From contig JAURFW010000001.1 of the NCBI GenBank assembly GCA_030834125.1, forward strand, positions 160,200 to 224,199: a stretch of 64,000 nt of DNA. The letters are read 5' to 3'. The translations under genes were made by a program, and so were the position numbers. The notes under the pieces were generated by a model. That model searched no databases. It was not told the origin of the DNA and worked only from the letters and a program-made list of their open reading frames with translations. Below are positions 41,016 through 51,942 of this stretch, one piece after another. Source of the stretch: Bacteroidota bacterium. GTDB lineage: Bacteria > Bacteroidota > Bacteroidia > NS11-12g > UBA955. Each line of letters starts with the position of its first letter. Positions within the stretch are counted from its first letter, which is position 1.

Positions 41016-41033
41016 AAAAAGGGGCCCTTTTTT
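41016..41033. terminator. weak convergent terminator hairpin between clpB and the PiT transporter gene
   Basis: 'aaaaaggggcccttttt' is a short G/C core flanked by complementary A/T runs. Confidence 0.3.
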
Positions 41034-42684
41034 ATAAAGCCGAGATAATAAGATACATCAAACCAGCGACAATTGCAGATATTGGAATAGTTACTATCCA
41101 AGCAAATAAAAGATTCCTTGTTACTCCCCATCGAACAGCACTTAATCTTTTTGTTGCCCCTACCCCAATTATTGCTCCTGTTATAGTATGGGTAGTACTG
41201 ACAGGAATACCCATTTGAGCGGTCATAAACAATGTAATTGCACCTGCGGTTTCTGCGCCAACACCTTCTAAAGGAGTAACTTTTGTAATTCGAGTTCCCA
41301 TGGTTTTAACAATCTTCCACCCTCCACTTAGCGTTCCTAATGCTATTGCTGAATAACATGCTAACGGCACCCAATTTGGAAGTTCCTTAAATTCAACAAT
41401 ATTACCATTTGCAATTAATGCAGCACCAATTATTCCCATTACTTTTTGAGCATCACTTCCTCCATGTCCTAAACTAAAGGCTGCCGAAGATATTAGCTGC
41501 AATCTCTTGAACATATTTGCCATTTTTGCGGCCGTTGGCTTTTTGATTTTCTCTACATAAACATATACCAAAGAGAAAAATGCGAACATTCCTATCATGA
41601 TATAAGTAAGTGGCCTATTATCTGCCTTTGATAAATCTTTATAAAGAGAATCTTGAACATTGAATTTATATCCGGCAATAAACTTTTGTTTTTGAACTTT
41701 TCCTAAATTGATTTTATCCGCGATAGACGAAGCCGTTTTTTCTGGACCAACCATAGAATAATTTTCAAAATTTATTTGACAACTAGAGATTAATAAGTTG
41801 ACTGCATCTAATTTACTCTGCTTGGTTTCGTCAAAAAATGCTGCCTTTTTAATTTGATCGTATTTTAGAAATTTCTCTACTTTCTCACGTTGCTTGTTAA
41901 TTAAAATATCCGTTAAATCTACATTTTCGACAATTTGTTCAGATACCTTTTTACCTCCAATAGATTTATATTCTTTTAAAAATGGCAATGATTCATTGTA
42001 ATGAGAAATTGCCAATTGCATATTTTCTTTATTTTGGGCTACTTCTGGATTTGATTTATACTGTTTCTTATATTTATCTACGCGATAAAATTTAGATAAA
42101 TTGGTTTCTAATCTAACATCCATAAAATAGCTAAACATAAAAAATACGGCAGTTGCAGAAATGAAAATAATGCTTAGTCTACCCCAAATATTTCGCTTGA
42201 TTGTAACTAATGTTATATATGCCGAAATAAGCATTCCAATAATGGGAGCTAGAAAAATAAAAATTATTACTTTTAGAATTTTATCGGAGGCAACAATATC
42301 TCCTAATGGCATCCATCCTTTTAAATTAATAGCATGCATCACAGCTGCGCCAGCAAATCCTCCTATTAACGTATGAGACGAAGATGAAGGTATTCCATAC
42401 CACCATGTAAGAAGATTCCAAAAAATAGCAGCAATTAATCCTGAAAGTATTACTTCTAGAGTTATATAATTGTCCACTACTGTTTTCGAAACGGTATTAG
42501 CAACAGAATGGTCTTTAAACAAGAAAAACGCGGCGAAGTTAAATATAGCTGCCCAAAGAACCGCTTGAAAAGGTGTTAATACCTTTGTACTAACAACTGT
42601 TGCGATAGAATTTGCAGCATCATGAAAGCCATTGATATAATCAAATACAAGAGCTAAAACGATGATTAATACAACTAATGACAT
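41032..42684 (-). CDS. inorganic phosphate transporter, PiT family, with a large internal soluble loop
   Basis: The PiT signature 'GFHDAANSIATVV' occurs near the N-terminus, and a second copy of the motif ('GHGGSDAQKVMG') occurs near the C-terminus. A ~200-aa hydrophilic insertion lies between them. Confidence 0.85.
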   Translation of the reverse strand: MSLVVLIIVLALVFDYINGFHDAANSIATVVSTKVLTPFQAVLWAAIFNFAAFFLFKDHSVANTVSKTVVDNYITLEVILSGLIAAIFWNLLTWWYGIPSSSSHTLIGGFAGAAVMHAINLKGWMPLGDIVASDKILKVIIFIFLAPIIGMLISAYITLVTIKRNIWGRLSIIFISATAVFFMFSYFMDVRLETNLSKFYRVDKYKKQYKSNPEVAQNKENMQLAISHYNESLPFLKEYKSIGGKKVSEQIVENVDLTDILINKQREKVEKFLKYDQIKKAAFFDETKQSKLDAVNLLISSCQINFENYSMVGPEKTASSIADKINLGKVQKQKFIAGYKFNVQDSLYKDLSKADNRPLTYIMIGMFAFFSLVYVYVEKIKKPTAAKMANMFKRLQLISSAAFSLGHGGSDAQKVMGIIGAALIANGNIVEFKELPNWVPLACYSAIALGTLSGGWKIVKTMGTRITKVTPLEGVGAETAGAITLFMTAQMGIPVSTTHTITGAIIGVGATKRLSAVRWGVTRNLLFAWIVTIPISAIVAGLMYLIISAL

Positions 42685-42703
42685 TAGAAGAAGTTCTGCT
42701 TAA

Positions 42704-43351
42704 TTAAGCATATTTAACAATGATGGTTTCGATTACATTAGCCACATCTTCAAATTTATCAGTAGCAACTTCCATTACAGTGTAAACCTCACGTCGTTTG
42801 ATGAGATTTTTAAAATCATTTTCTGTGTCGAATAATTCTTTAATACTCACGTCAAAAATATTATCGGCATGATTTTCCAAACTGTTAATTTTAACAATGG
42901 ATTCCATGATTTTTTCAGGACGCTTTAATTCACGAAGTTGCATTATTACATTGCTCACTTCAATTGCTCCCTGACAAATAATTTCTGCTAGCTTTTGAAT
43001 GCCATCATCATTTGGATTTACTCCGTGAAATTGGATTTTTTTGCACGAAGCATAAATGTAATCAGCAACATCATCCATTGCTGTGGCTAAGTAATGAATA
43101 TCTTCTCTATCGAAAGGAGTTATAAAATTCTTACCTAATTCCTGAAAAATCTGATGTGTAATTTCATCATTTTTATGCTCTAAATCTTCAATCTCCTTAG
43201 AAATGATATGGCGCTTATTTCCGTCATCTTCGTAAACAAAATCTTTAAAGCGAAGTCCCATAGTCGATATGTTTCGAGCAGTTTGCTCGAATAAATTGTA
43301 AAACACTTTATCCTTTGGAAGAAAAATGCTGAGTATAGTATTTAGAGCCAT
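42704..43351 (-). CDS. DUF47 (PhoU-like, TIGR00153) phosphate-transport accessory protein
   Basis: The 215-aa helical protein lies immediately upstream of the PiT gene, the canonical pairing. Confidence 0.75.
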   Translation of the reverse strand: MALNTILSIFLPKDKVFYNLFEQTARNISTMGLRFKDFVYEDDGNKRHIISKEIEDLEHKNDEITHQIFQELGKNFITPFDREDIHYLATAMDDVADYIYASCKKIQFHGVNPNDDGIQKLAEIICQGAIEVSNVIMQLRELKRPEKIMESIVKINSLENHADNIFDVSIKELFDTENDFKNLIKRREVYTVMEVATDKFEDVANVIETIIVKYA

Positions 43352-43431
43352 AATAATTATACAAAATTAGTTACTTGCGAATATTACAACTAACAATAAC
43401 ACATATTTAACATTTTCTTAACATTCAATAC

Positions 43432-44427
43432 TTAATTACGTTTGTGACGATCATCACAATCCATAAATTTGGCCATTTCCCACACCCTGTAAGTTCTAAT
43501 ATTACCTCTGGATTGTAAATTAATACTTATTACATCAGAAAGTGTAACCATCATAAGGTGTTTGCGCAATTTATTATATCTAAAATCTTGCTCAGAGTTG
43601 AGCCCAACGGATTGAATTTCAGGTAATGGAGTATCGCTCGTATTCTTTTTCTTCAAGAATCGTTTACATTCCTCAAGTAAGTAGGGTTTAAGATCTTCAC
43701 CGGCCTTATTCTGAGTAAAAATTTTTATTGAATGAATACCACTTGCGGGTCTTTCACCTTCTAAGCTACCCAAGACATCAATTAGTTCTTCGCTAAATGG
43801 TGATTTCATTCTTTTCATACGCAGATACTTTAAATTTAAATCGATACTATCTCCGTATAATGAGTGAAAATACTGAATATCTTCAAGGACAAGTGATCTA
43901 ACTATTTCCTCGTTGTTAAGCTCCTCTTTTTTCTTTTTGAAATATTCACCATCTATCAAACCAGCACGTGCCTGAGCTGAAAATGAATTTAAAAATAAAT
44001 CACGAAAATCTTGCCAATTCAATAAAGAGTCAACCTTTCCAGATGCTGTAAATCGAATATTATAACTAATGTTTTCTACAGCACTAGGACTCTTCAATTT
44101 ATTTTTACCTAATTCATCGCTGAAATATTCGCAGTTAAAGTCATTATTCAAATCAGATAAACGCTTACAAACTAAATAACTTGTATCTATTTTTACATCC
44201 AAAAACATTTGATTTTGGTTTGTGATATATTGTTGTTGTATCCGTTGAAGTGTAAAAGCTGAATAACAATTCATCTCACTTTCAATGACTTCCCAGTCAT
44301 ATTCATGATTAATTAAAACTGAATCTGGCAATTGCAAATTCATCTGCGAAAAAGCACTGCGAAAAAACAAAAATGCGATAGACAGTGTAAGAATGGACTT
44401 AATATTCAGCTTAATATAAAATTTCAT
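43432..44427 (-). CDS. hypothetical secreted protein
   Basis: A signal peptide 'MKFYIKLNIKSILTLSIAFLFFRSAFSQ' is present. I recognised no motifs. Confidence 0.4.
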   Translation of the reverse strand: MKFYIKLNIKSILTLSIAFLFFRSAFSQMNLQLPDSVLINHEYDWEVIESEMNCYSAFTLQRIQQQYITNQNQMFLDVKIDTSYLVCKRLSDLNNDFNCEYFSDELGKNKLKSPSAVENISYNIRFTASGKVDSLLNWQDFRDLFLNSFSAQARAGLIDGEYFKKKKEELNNEEIVRSLVLEDIQYFHSLYGDSIDLNLKYLRMKRMKSPFSEELIDVLGSLEGERPASGIHSIKIFTQNKAGEDLKPYLLEECKRFLKKKNTSDTPLPEIQSVGLNSEQDFRYNKLRKHLMMVTLSDVISINLQSRGNIRTYRVWEMAKFMDCDDRHKRN

Positions 44428-44480
44428 TAGTAATTAGACGAAGTTAACAGAATTGTGTTTACTGAATCCAAATGTTTGAC

Positions 44481-44512
44481 AAAAAAAAGGGCCGTCTGTA
44501 GAAGACAACCCT
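44481..44512 (-). terminator. rho-independent terminator after rplT (end of thrS-infC-rpmI-rplT cluster)
   Basis: On the minus strand, a hairpin with G.U wobbles, 'agggttgtc..gacggccct', is followed by a U8 tract. Confidence 0.6.
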
Positions 44513-44536
44513 ATTTTGGTTTAGTTTGTTAATTTT

Positions 44537-44884
44537 TCACTTCATTACAGTATCTAAAACTGCTTTGAACCCTTTTGGATCATTCATTGCTAAGTCTGCT
44601 AAAACCTTACGGTTAATTTCCATTTCTTTAGCGTTTAACTTACCCATGAACTGAGAATAACTCACACCGTGCTCACGGCATGCTGCATTGATTCTCATGA
44701 TCCAAAGAGAACGAAATTCTCCTTTTTTCTTACGACGGTCACGGTATGCATAAGTTAAACCTTTTTCAACAGCATTTTTTGCAACTGTCCAAACATTTTT
44801 ACGTCTTCCGAAGTACCCTTTAGCTAATTTAAGGGTCTTTTTTCTACGAGCCTTACTGGCTACATGATTTACTGATCTTGGCAT
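44537..44884 (-). CDS. rplT: 50S ribosomal protein L20
   Basis: '[26 protein letters not shown]' at the N-terminus. Confidence 0.95.
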   Translation of the reverse strand: MPRSVNHVASKARRKKTLKLAKGYFGRRKNVWTVAKNAVEKGLTYAYRDRRKKKGEFRSLWIMRINAACREHGVSYSQFMGKLNAKEMEINRKVLADLAMNDPKGFKAVLDTVMK

Positions 44885-44951
44885 AATATATTAGTTTAAT
44901 GGCTTGAGCGGCTAATTGCACTTGTAAGCTCCGGCCATGGTTTTCTTGTTT

Positions 44952-45152
44952 TTATTTACCTATACGCAACATAAATTTCACGTTGCTCATATCGGTATCG
45001 TGCACCAATCCACTTTTAGCTAAACGCTCTTTACGCTTTTTTGTTTTCTTAGTTAAAATGTGGTTTTTAAATGCTTTCAATCTTTTTACTTTTCCCGATC
45101 CAGTGATTTTAAAACGCTTTTTAGCACTGGAATTAGTTTTCATTTTAGGCAT
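44952..45152 (-). CDS. rpmI: 50S ribosomal protein L35
   Basis: '[24 protein letters not shown]' at the N-terminus of a 66-aa product. Confidence 0.9.
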   Translation of the reverse strand: MPKMKTNSSAKKRFKITGSGKVKRLKAFKNHILTKKTKKRKERLAKSGLVHDTDMSNVKFMLRIGK

Positions 45153-45164
45153 ATTAATCTACGT

Positions 45165-45716
45165 TTATTTTTTATTTTTTGGTGATAATAAGATAACTAC
45201 TTTCTTACCTTCTCTTTTTGGCTCCATTTCTAATTTTGCATGACCGTCTTCAACTAGTTGGTTTGCAAATTTCATTAACAAATCTATACCCCTTTCAATA
45301 AATACGATGGTTCTACCTCTAAAGAACACATAAGCTCTAACCTTGTTTCCATCTTCTAAAAAAGAAATAGCATGTTTTAACTTAAAATTTATATCGTGTT
45401 CGTCAGTATTTGGACCAAATCTAATTTCCTTAATTTCCTGTTTAACTGAGTTGGCTTTAATTTCTTTCTGTTTCTTTTTTTGTTCGTACAGGAACTTTTT
45501 ATAATCGATAACTTTACAAACCGGAGGGGTTGCGTTCGGACTTATTTCCACAAGATCCAATCCTTGATCATAGGCCATTTCTAATGCTTTTTCAAAAGCA
45601 TAAACGCCCATTTCCACATTATCGCCTACTAGTCTTACTTCAGGAGCAGTAATCTTTTCGTTGATCTTATGCAGATCTTCTTTTCTTCGTCCTCTTGATT
45701 TAAAATTTGGTTTCAT
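45165..45716 (-). CDS. infC: translation initiation factor IF-3
   Basis: '[22 protein letters not shown]' and the C-terminal domain are present. The gene overlaps the thrS stop by 17 nt. The true start may be an atypical downstream codon. Confidence 0.8.
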   Translation of the reverse strand: MKPNFKSRGRRKEDLHKINEKITAPEVRLVGDNVEMGVYAFEKALEMAYDQGLDLVEISPNATPPVCKVIDYKKFLYEQKKKQKEIKANSVKQEIKEIRFGPNTDEHDINFKLKHAISFLEDGNKVRAYVFFRGRTIVFIERGIDLLMKFANQLVEDGHAKLEMEPKREGKKVVILLSPKNKK

Positions 45717-47628
45717 CTATAACTCTATCGGCAAATACTTGCCACTCCATTGACCCTAAATCAGTTCCACCGTGCATTCTAATACTTAACGACTTAGTAG
45801 ATTCTTCTTTCTCCCCTACAATTACCATGTACGGGATTTTTTTAATCTCGGCATCTCGTATTTTCTTTCCTGCCTTCTCTGCTCTGTGGTCAACAGAGGC
45901 GCGAATATCGGCTTTTTTCAAGAATTTTCCAACTTCTTCAGCATATGCAGCAAATTTATCAGAGATAGGAAGTACAATAGCTTGTTTTGGTGCTAACCAA
46001 ACTGGTAAATTACCTGCATAATGCTCAAGTAGGAAACCAATAAATCGCTCATGAGTACTGAGTGGAGCTCGGTGAATAATGATAGGCCTTTGTTTTTCAT
46101 TGTTCTCATCTACGTAAGATAAATCAAAACGCTCTGCTTGCGCAAAATCAACCTGATTAGTAGCAAGGGTAAATTCTCTTCCTATTGCGCTATATACTTG
46201 AATATCTATTTTAGGGCCATAAAATGCTGCTTCATCCTCAACTTCAACATAATTAACGCCCATTTTGTCCAGAACTTTTCGAACCATTGCCTCAGTTTTA
46301 TTCCACAATACAGGCATATCAATATATTTTTGACCTAGCTTTTCTGGGACATGCTTCGAAAAACGCATTACATACTTATCAATTCCAAACTTCTCAAAAT
46401 GTTTTAAATAGAGTGCATTTACATTCTGAAATTCTTCTTCAAATTGTTGTTCGGTGCAATAGATATGGGCATCATTCATTTGAAGACTACGAACACGCAT
46501 CAAACCAAACAACTCTCCACTTTGCTCATATCGATAACAGGTACCATATTCTGCCATTCTTACAGGCATGTCACGGTAAGATTTTGGCGTAGCGGAAAAT
46601 ATTTTATGGTGATGAGGGCAATTCATCGCCTTTAAGTAATAATTTACACCATCTATCTCCATGGGCGGAAACATACTATCCTTATAATATGGCAAATGTC
46701 CGCTCTTTAAATACATACTTTCACGGGCAATATGCGGAGATTTTACTCTTGAGTATCCTGCTTCATTTTCAATCTTCTTGGCGTATGCCTCTAATTGCTC
46801 AATGATAACGCCCCCATTTGGAAGCCACAATGGCAATCCTGGTCCTACATCATCATCGAATGTATAAATTTCTAGTTCTTTGCCCAATTTTCTATGGTCT
46901 CTCTTTTTCGCCTCTTCCATCATTTCCAGATATTCATCAAGTAATGATTTCTTAGGGAAAGTAATACCATAAATACGGGTTAACTGTTTGTTATTCTCAT
47001 TTCCTCTCCAATAGGCACCCGCGGTATTTAACAGTTTAATGGATTTAATATGACCGGTGTGTGGAATATGCGGACCACGGCATAAATCTGTAAATTCACC
47101 TTGCTTATAAAAAGTAATATTTCCATCTTCTAGGTCTTGAAGCAGTTCCAATTTGTACGGGTCATTCTTTTCTTCGAAATAAGCAATAGCATCTGCTTTA
47201 GTAATTTCTTCCTTAATAAATTCATTGGACTGTTTTGCCAATTCCTTCATTTTTTGCTCTACTTTTTCGAAATCATCACTAGTGAACTTATAATCTCCAA
47301 AATCAATATCGTAATAAAAACCCTGCTGGATTGGAGGGCCAATAGCCAGCTTTATTCCAGGATACAGTGCTTCTAATGCCTCAGCCAATAAGTGAGCTGA
47401 ACTATGCCAGTAGGTACTTTTTCCTTCCTCGTCATTCCAAGTAAGTAAGGTTAAATTAGAAGATTCATGTATAGGTGTATTAGCATCTACCACCATATTA
47501 TTCACTTTTGCAGATAGCACATTTCTTGCTAATCCTTCACTAATTGATAATGCCACTTCCATTGGAGAAATACCATAGGCATATTCTCTTGTAGAACCAT
47601 CTGGAAGCGTGATAATAATGTTACTCAT
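45700..47628 (-). CDS. thrS: threonyl-tRNA synthetase
   Basis: A TGS N-domain and the class II core ('HRAPLST' motifs) are present. Size is 642 aa. Confidence 0.95.
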   Translation of the reverse strand: MSNIIITLPDGSTREYAYGISPMEVALSISEGLARNVLSAKVNNMVVDANTPIHESSNLTLLTWNDEEGKSTYWHSSAHLLAEALEALYPGIKLAIGPPIQQGFYYDIDFGDYKFTSDDFEKVEQKMKELAKQSNEFIKEEITKADAIAYFEEKNDPYKLELLQDLEDGNITFYKQGEFTDLCRGPHIPHTGHIKSIKLLNTAGAYWRGNENNKQLTRIYGITFPKKSLLDEYLEMMEEAKKRDHRKLGKELEIYTFDDDVGPGLPLWLPNGGVIIEQLEAYAKKIENEAGYSRVKSPHIARESMYLKSGHLPYYKDSMFPPMEIDGVNYYLKAMNCPHHHKIFSATPKSYRDMPVRMAEYGTCYRYEQSGELFGLMRVRSLQMNDAHIYCTEQQFEEEFQNVNALYLKHFEKFGIDKYVMRFSKHVPEKLGQKYIDMPVLWNKTEAMVRKVLDKMGVNYVEVEDEAAFYGPKIDIQVYSAIGREFTLATNQVDFAQAERFDLSYVDENNEKQRPIIIHRAPLSTHERFIGFLLEHYAGNLPVWLAPKQAIVLPISDKFAAYAEEVGKFLKKADIRASVDHRAEKAGKKIRDAEIKKIPYMVIVGEKEESTKSLSIRMHGGTDLGSMEWQVFADRVIDETKF

Positions 47629-47732
47629 TCTAAAAGTTTACAAAGGTCGTTAAATCTGAATAATATTTCAATTATTTAATCATATTAATTGAATGTAACT
47701 TTAACCTATATTTGAGTGAAATATAAATAATT

Positions 47733-48662
47733 ATGAAAAAAACTAAAATTGTCCCAATATTGCTGTTATTAGCAATCTTGTTTACTCCTTCTCGTGCTTA
47801 TGGACAAGATTTCAAAGAAGATAGAATAGAGTTCAATGATACAAATTTTTACAGAATATTAACGAAGGATGATCAAGAGCATTATGGGTTGATTGTTAGA
47901 GAGGATAACGATTATATAGTGCTTAAGAAAATTGATTTAAACGAAGAAACCATTCCAAAGTTTGCCATTAAAGAGCGAGAAATTATAGATCGTGTTAAAC
48001 TGTTTGGGTATAAAACTCACCCTACTCGATATTTATATTCGCCTTCTGCAATCCCTTTGAAACGGGGATCTGGATATTTAAATATGTTGTATTTTTTGGC
48101 ATTTCAAGCACAATATGGGCTAACAGATAATTTAACAGTTGGTATAACTACTACCCCAGCATTTATGCCTACTTTAATTAATGCAAAGTACAGCTATAAA
48201 GTTGACGAAAACTTTTATATCGCTGCTGGTGCACAGGTTGGCAGGTTATGGTATACAAATGAGCAATCTTTAGGTGTTGTATTTGGAACAGCTACATATG
48301 GAAATGAAATTAATAATATTAGCATGAATTTAGGTTGGGGATTTTACGGAAAATCTAATGAAAACCTACCAATGGCCACAATAAGTTGGGCATACAAATC
48401 TACCGATAAAGTTCAATTTATAGGTGAATTTTGGGGATTATTTCATGCTAAAGGTGCACCAACCTTTTTGGGTGGACCCGCCTTAAGAATTAAATCAGGA
48501 AAGAATTTATTCTTCGATGTTGGAGTAGTTGGATTCTCTACAGAAATAACTGAGACAGAAGAAACTTTTGATCCAATAACTAATGTTACAACTAAAGTAA
48601 CTAAATCGGAAATTTTAACACGCTTACCACTTCCATTTGTGGGCTTTAGTTTAACCTTATAA
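47733..48662 (+). CDS. hypothetical secreted / outer-membrane protein
   Basis: A signal peptide 'MKKTKIVPILLLLAILFTPSRAYGQ' is present. The Gly/aromatic-rich C-terminal half ends in 'VGFSLTL'. Confidence 0.4.
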   Translation: MKKTKIVPILLLLAILFTPSRAYGQDFKEDRIEFNDTNFYRILTKDDQEHYGLIVREDNDYIVLKKIDLNEETIPKFAIKEREIIDRVKLFGYKTHPTRYLYSPSAIPLKRGSGYLNMLYFLAFQAQYGLTDNLTVGITTTPAFMPTLINAKYSYKVDENFYIAAGAQVGRLWYTNEQSLGVVFGTATYGNEINNISMNLGWGFYGKSNENLPMATISWAYKSTDKVQFIGEFWGLFHAKGAPTFLGGPALRIKSGKNLFFDVGVVGFSTEITETEETFDPITNVTTKVTKSEILTRLPLPFVGFSLTL

Positions 48663-48681
48663 TTTTTTTTCTAAACTAGTA

Positions 48682-48710
48682 TTGGAGGAGCAAAATCTTT
48701 GTTATATTTG
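48682..48710 (+). promoter_or_regulatory. candidate Bacteroidota-type promoter for tRNA-Ser (-33 TTG, 18-nt spacer, -7 TATATTTG)
   Basis: TTG at 48682-48684 and TATATTTG at 48703-48710. The tRNA starts at 48721. Confidence 0.4.
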
Positions 48711-48720
48711 CACCCCCAAC

Positions 48721-48807
48721 GGTGAGATGGGTGAGTGGCTGAAACCAGCAGTTTGCTAAACTGCCGAACGGGTAACCGTTCCGGGGGTTCGAATCCCCCT
48801 CTCACCG
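48721..48807 (+). tRNA. tRNA-Ser (anticodon GCU), class II
   Basis: GGTGAGA...TCTCACC form the acceptor stem with discriminator G. The anticodon loop is TT-GCT-AA, the variable arm is long, and the T-loop is GTTCGAATC. No CCA is encoded. Confidence 0.85.
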
Positions 48808-48817
48808 CGAAATCATG

Positions 48818-48840
48818 AGCCCCAAAAGGGGCTTTTTGTT
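48818..48840 (+). terminator. rho-independent terminator after tRNA-Ser
   Basis: 'agcccc aaaa ggggct' followed by 'ttttt'. Confidence 0.6.
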
Positions 48841-49005
48841 TATTCGGAATAAAGGGGTGATTTATTTTTGGCTACTTCAGGCAAATATTAGTATTTTAAT
48901 AAATCAAAAATTATTTTATTCAACACTAAATTATAATCTAAATCATTGCATTCTTCGATTAATATCAATCTTTTTTCGAATTAGAATATTCACGATCTTT
49001 GTCTT

Positions 49006-49920
49006 GTGAGAATCGTATTTTTTGGAACACCGGAGTTTGCTGCTTTTTCATTACAAAGAATAATTAATGAAGGATTTAACGTTGTTGGTGTTGTAACTAC
49101 TCCTGATAAACCATCGGGAAGAGGAAGGAAACTAAAAGGAAGTGAAGTAAAAGATGTTGCTCTTAAAAATGGGTTACCAATATTGCAGCCTTTAAATTTA
49201 AAGTCAAACGATTTTCAAAACAAATTACAATTATTAAATGCGGATCTTGGTGTAGTTATTGCTTTCAGAATGTTACCGGAGTCGGTTTGGTCTATGCCCA
49301 AAATGGGTACCGTAAATTTACATGGATCTTTACTTCCTCAATACAGAGGAGCTGCACCCATACAACATGTTATTATAAATGGAGAAACTGAAACAGGAGT
49401 AACTACTTTTTTTCTAAAACATGAAATAGATACAGGTAACTTAATTTTAAGAAAGGCAATATCCATTTCAGAGGAAATAACAGCAGGGGAATTATACCGA
49501 GAACTAATGTATTTAGGTGCTAATGTTGTGATTGAAACGCTAGAACTAATTTCAAAACATGGAATCAACACCCCTCAAGAACCCCAGGATGAATCTGTAA
49601 ATTTAAAAACTGCACCAAAAATCAACCGTGAATTTTGCAGGATTAATTTAAATAATTCGGCAATAGAGATTAATAATCTTATTAGAGGTTTGTCTCCATA
49701 CCCGTCGGCTTGGATAGAAGATGAAGAGTTTGGTGAATTAAAAATAATTAGAAGTTCTATTATCTCTAAAACAAACGAATCAAATAATAAAGGGTTACAG
49801 ATTGTTGATAATCGATTATTACTATACTTTAGAGATGGAATACTCGAAATTACTGAAATAAAACCTAGCGGGAAAGGCATAATGAAGGGCAAAGATTTTG
49901 TAAACGGATTAAAAAACTGA
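49006..49920 (+). CDS. fmt: methionyl-tRNA formyltransferase
   Basis: 'RIVFFGTPEFAAFSL' and the 'NLHGSLLPQYRGAAPI' formyltransferase core are present. The start is GTG. Confidence 0.9.
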   Translation: MRIVFFGTPEFAAFSLQRIINEGFNVVGVVTTPDKPSGRGRKLKGSEVKDVALKNGLPILQPLNLKSNDFQNKLQLLNADLGVVIAFRMLPESVWSMPKMGTVNLHGSLLPQYRGAAPIQHVIINGETETGVTTFFLKHEIDTGNLILRKAISISEEITAGELYRELMYLGANVVIETLELISKHGINTPQEPQDESVNLKTAPKINREFCRINLNNSAIEINNLIRGLSPYPSAWIEDEEFGELKIIRSSIISKTNESNNKGLQIVDNRLLLYFRDGILEITEIKPSGKGIMKGKDFVNGLKN

Positions 49921-50057
49921 GTGAAATAATATAAAGAAATTTGGTTTTTTGTTTTTTGTTTTGTAATATGCAAAATCAATTTTAATCAAAAACGCCTATA
50001 AGCCATAATACTACCTAAAAATAAACCACAGTTTTACTAACTAAAAGGAGGTATATT

Positions 50058-50639
50058 ATGACTAAAACATTGATTCAAGACGGCGTTCTTATTAAGCGCT
50101 ATTTAGAAGGAAACCAAGCTGCATTTGAAACCTTGGTGCAACGTCACAAGATGAGAATTTTTACTAGCGTATTAGCAGTAGTAAATGATCATTATCTTGC
50201 GGAAGATATTTTCCAAGAAACCTTTATCAAAATTATTAAGTCAGTAAAATCTGGAAAGTATAACCATGAGGATAAATTCCTACCATGGGCATTAAGAATA
50301 GCAAGAAACCTAGCAATTGATAGCATTCGAGTAAAAAAGAGAATGCCAAATGTTGTAAACTCTGATGGATACGACCTATTTGAAACTTTGAATATTTACG
50401 CACCATCACAAGAAGATCTACAAGTACAAAAGGAAGAAACACGTTTGCTACACAGCTGGATTAACGACCTACCTTTGGAACAAAGAGAAGTTTTAATTCT
50501 TCGCAATTATGCAGATTTAAGTTTTAAAGAAATTGCTGCTATTACGGACACCAATATTAATACTTGCATAGGCCGCATGCATTACGCAATTATCAACTTA
50601 AGAAAAATGATGGAAAAAAGTTCTGTCAAGATAAAATAA
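50058..50639 (+). CDS. RNA polymerase sigma-70 factor, ECF subfamily
   Basis: Region 2 shows 'FETLVQRHKMRIF...DIFQETFIKI'. Region 4 shows 'LPLEQREVLILRNYADLSFKEIAAI'. An AGGAGG sits 7 nt before the ATG. Confidence 0.85.
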   Translation: MTKTLIQDGVLIKRYLEGNQAAFETLVQRHKMRIFTSVLAVVNDHYLAEDIFQETFIKIIKSVKSGKYNHEDKFLPWALRIARNLAIDSIRVKKRMPNVVNSDGYDLFETLNIYAPSQEDLQVQKEETRLLHSWINDLPLEQREVLILRNYADLSFKEIAAITDTNINTCIGRMHYAIINLRKMMEKSSVKIK

Positions 50640-50679
50640 AAATTGAGCCTCGGCGTTATTCATATGTAAAACAAATATT

Positions 50680-50913
50680 TTGCGTATGATTAAAACTATT
50701 ACACAATCCGATCTCATTTGCTATTTTTACGGAGAAATTGATGCGCAAACTAAGGATTACATCGATAACAATATTGATTTTAATCCTGATTGGGTAACCT
50801 TACTTAATGATTTAAAAGAAATCAAAGATTCGGTTCGATTAGAAGCCCCAAGTAGCTCAAATATTCAAATAATATTAGAGGAAAGTTTGTTAGAGGAAAA
50901 TCATTCGTTTTAA
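50680..50913 (+). CDS. small hypothetical protein co-transcribed with the ECF sigma factor
   Basis: The 77-aa ORF starts 41 nt after the sigma stop and is followed by a strong terminator. No TM segment or Zn-binding motif is visible. Confidence 0.3.
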   Translation: MRMIKTITQSDLICYFYGEIDAQTKDYIDNNIDFNPDWVTLLNDLKEIKDSVRLEAPSSSNIQIILEESLLEENHSF

Positions 50914-50931
50914 TAGACACTTGATGAGATC

Positions 50932-50963
50932 AAAAAAAGGCGGTATTAACCGCCTTTTTTTTA
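50932..50963 (+). terminator. rho-independent terminator after the sigma-factor operon
   Basis: 'aaaaaaaggcgg tattaa ccgcctttttttt'. Confidence 0.65.
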
Positions 50964-50997
50964 TTTGAGCAAATCAATAAATTATTAACTTTGAGAC

Positions 50998-51942
50998 ATG
51001 CACACTATCCCAAAATTAGACCTATCTGATTTCACTTCTGGAGACGCCCTTAAAAAAGCAGAATTTGTTAAAAATCTTGGCGATGCTTATGAGCAAATTG
51101 GCTTCGTAGCTATTCGAAACCATGGAATTCCTGCAGACACGTTAAAGCAATTATATTCAGATGTTGAAGGATTCTTCCACTTAAATGAATCAGTAAAGTT
51201 AAAATACGATGATAGTGAAGGTGGAGGCCAAAGAGGTTATACTGGATTTGGGAAAGAGCACGCTAAAGGTCGTAATACTGGAGATTTAAAAGAGTTTTGG
51301 CATTTTGGACAATACATAGATCAATCAGATCCTAATGCTCCACAATTTCCAGAAAATAAAATAGTTGAAGAATTACCTAGTTTTAATAGTAGTGGAAAAC
51401 AACTTTACAAGGCCCTTGAAAACACTGGAATTACAATGCTTCAAGCAATTGCATTGCACTTAGAATTAGATGAACATTATTTTGATTCTAGAGTATTTAA
51501 TGGAAATTCAATATTAAGAGCAATTCATTACCCCCCTATTACATCAGACCCTAAAGATGCTATTAGAGCTGGCGAACATGAAGATATTAATTTAATTACA
51601 CTCCTTGTGGGTGCGAGTGCAGACGGTTTGGAAGTCCTTAATAAACAAGGGGAATATGTTCCAGTTACAGAAGTTGAGAACCATATTGTTGTTAATGTTG
51701 GGGATATGCTACAGCGCTTAACAAATGATAGACTTAGGTCAACGACCCACAGGGTAGTTAATCCACCGAGAGATAAATGGTCAGAACCAAGATTCAGTAT
51801 TCCATTTTTCCTACATCCTCGTCCAGAAGTAAGTCTAGATTGTATAAATTCCTGTGTTTCGGCGGAACAACCAAAAAAATATAAAGATTGCACTGCAAAC
51901 GAATTTCTAATGCAGAGACTTTCTGAAATTGGTTTAATTTAG
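50998..51942 (+). CDS. 2-oxoglutarate/Fe(II)-dependent oxygenase (isopenicillin-N-synthase-like)
   Basis: A DIOX_N-like N-terminus 'IPKLDLSDF' is present. The HxD...H triad context reads 'GEHEDINLITLL ... THRVVNP'. Confidence 0.75.
   Translation: MHTIPKLDLSDFTSGDALKKAEFVKNLGDAYEQIGFVAIRNHGIPADTLKQLYSDVEGFFHLNESVKLKYDDSEGGGQRGYTGFGKEHAKGRNTGDLKEFWHFGQYIDQSDPNAPQFPENKIVEELPSFNSSGKQLYKALENTGITMLQAIALHLELDEHYFDSRVFNGNSILRAIHYPPITSDPKDAIRAGEHEDINLITLLVGASADGLEVLNKQGEYVPVTEVENHIVVNVGDMLQRLTNDRLRSTTHRVVNPPRDKWSEPRFSIPFFLHPRPEVSLDCINSCVSAEQPKKYKDCTANEFLMQRLSEIGLI

Noticed and set aside
48815-49009. 64-aa plus-strand ORF between tRNA-Ser and fmt
   Set aside because: It begins inside the tRNA-Ser terminator hairpin and is AT-rich low complexity. 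It most likely covers the terminator and the fmt promoter region.
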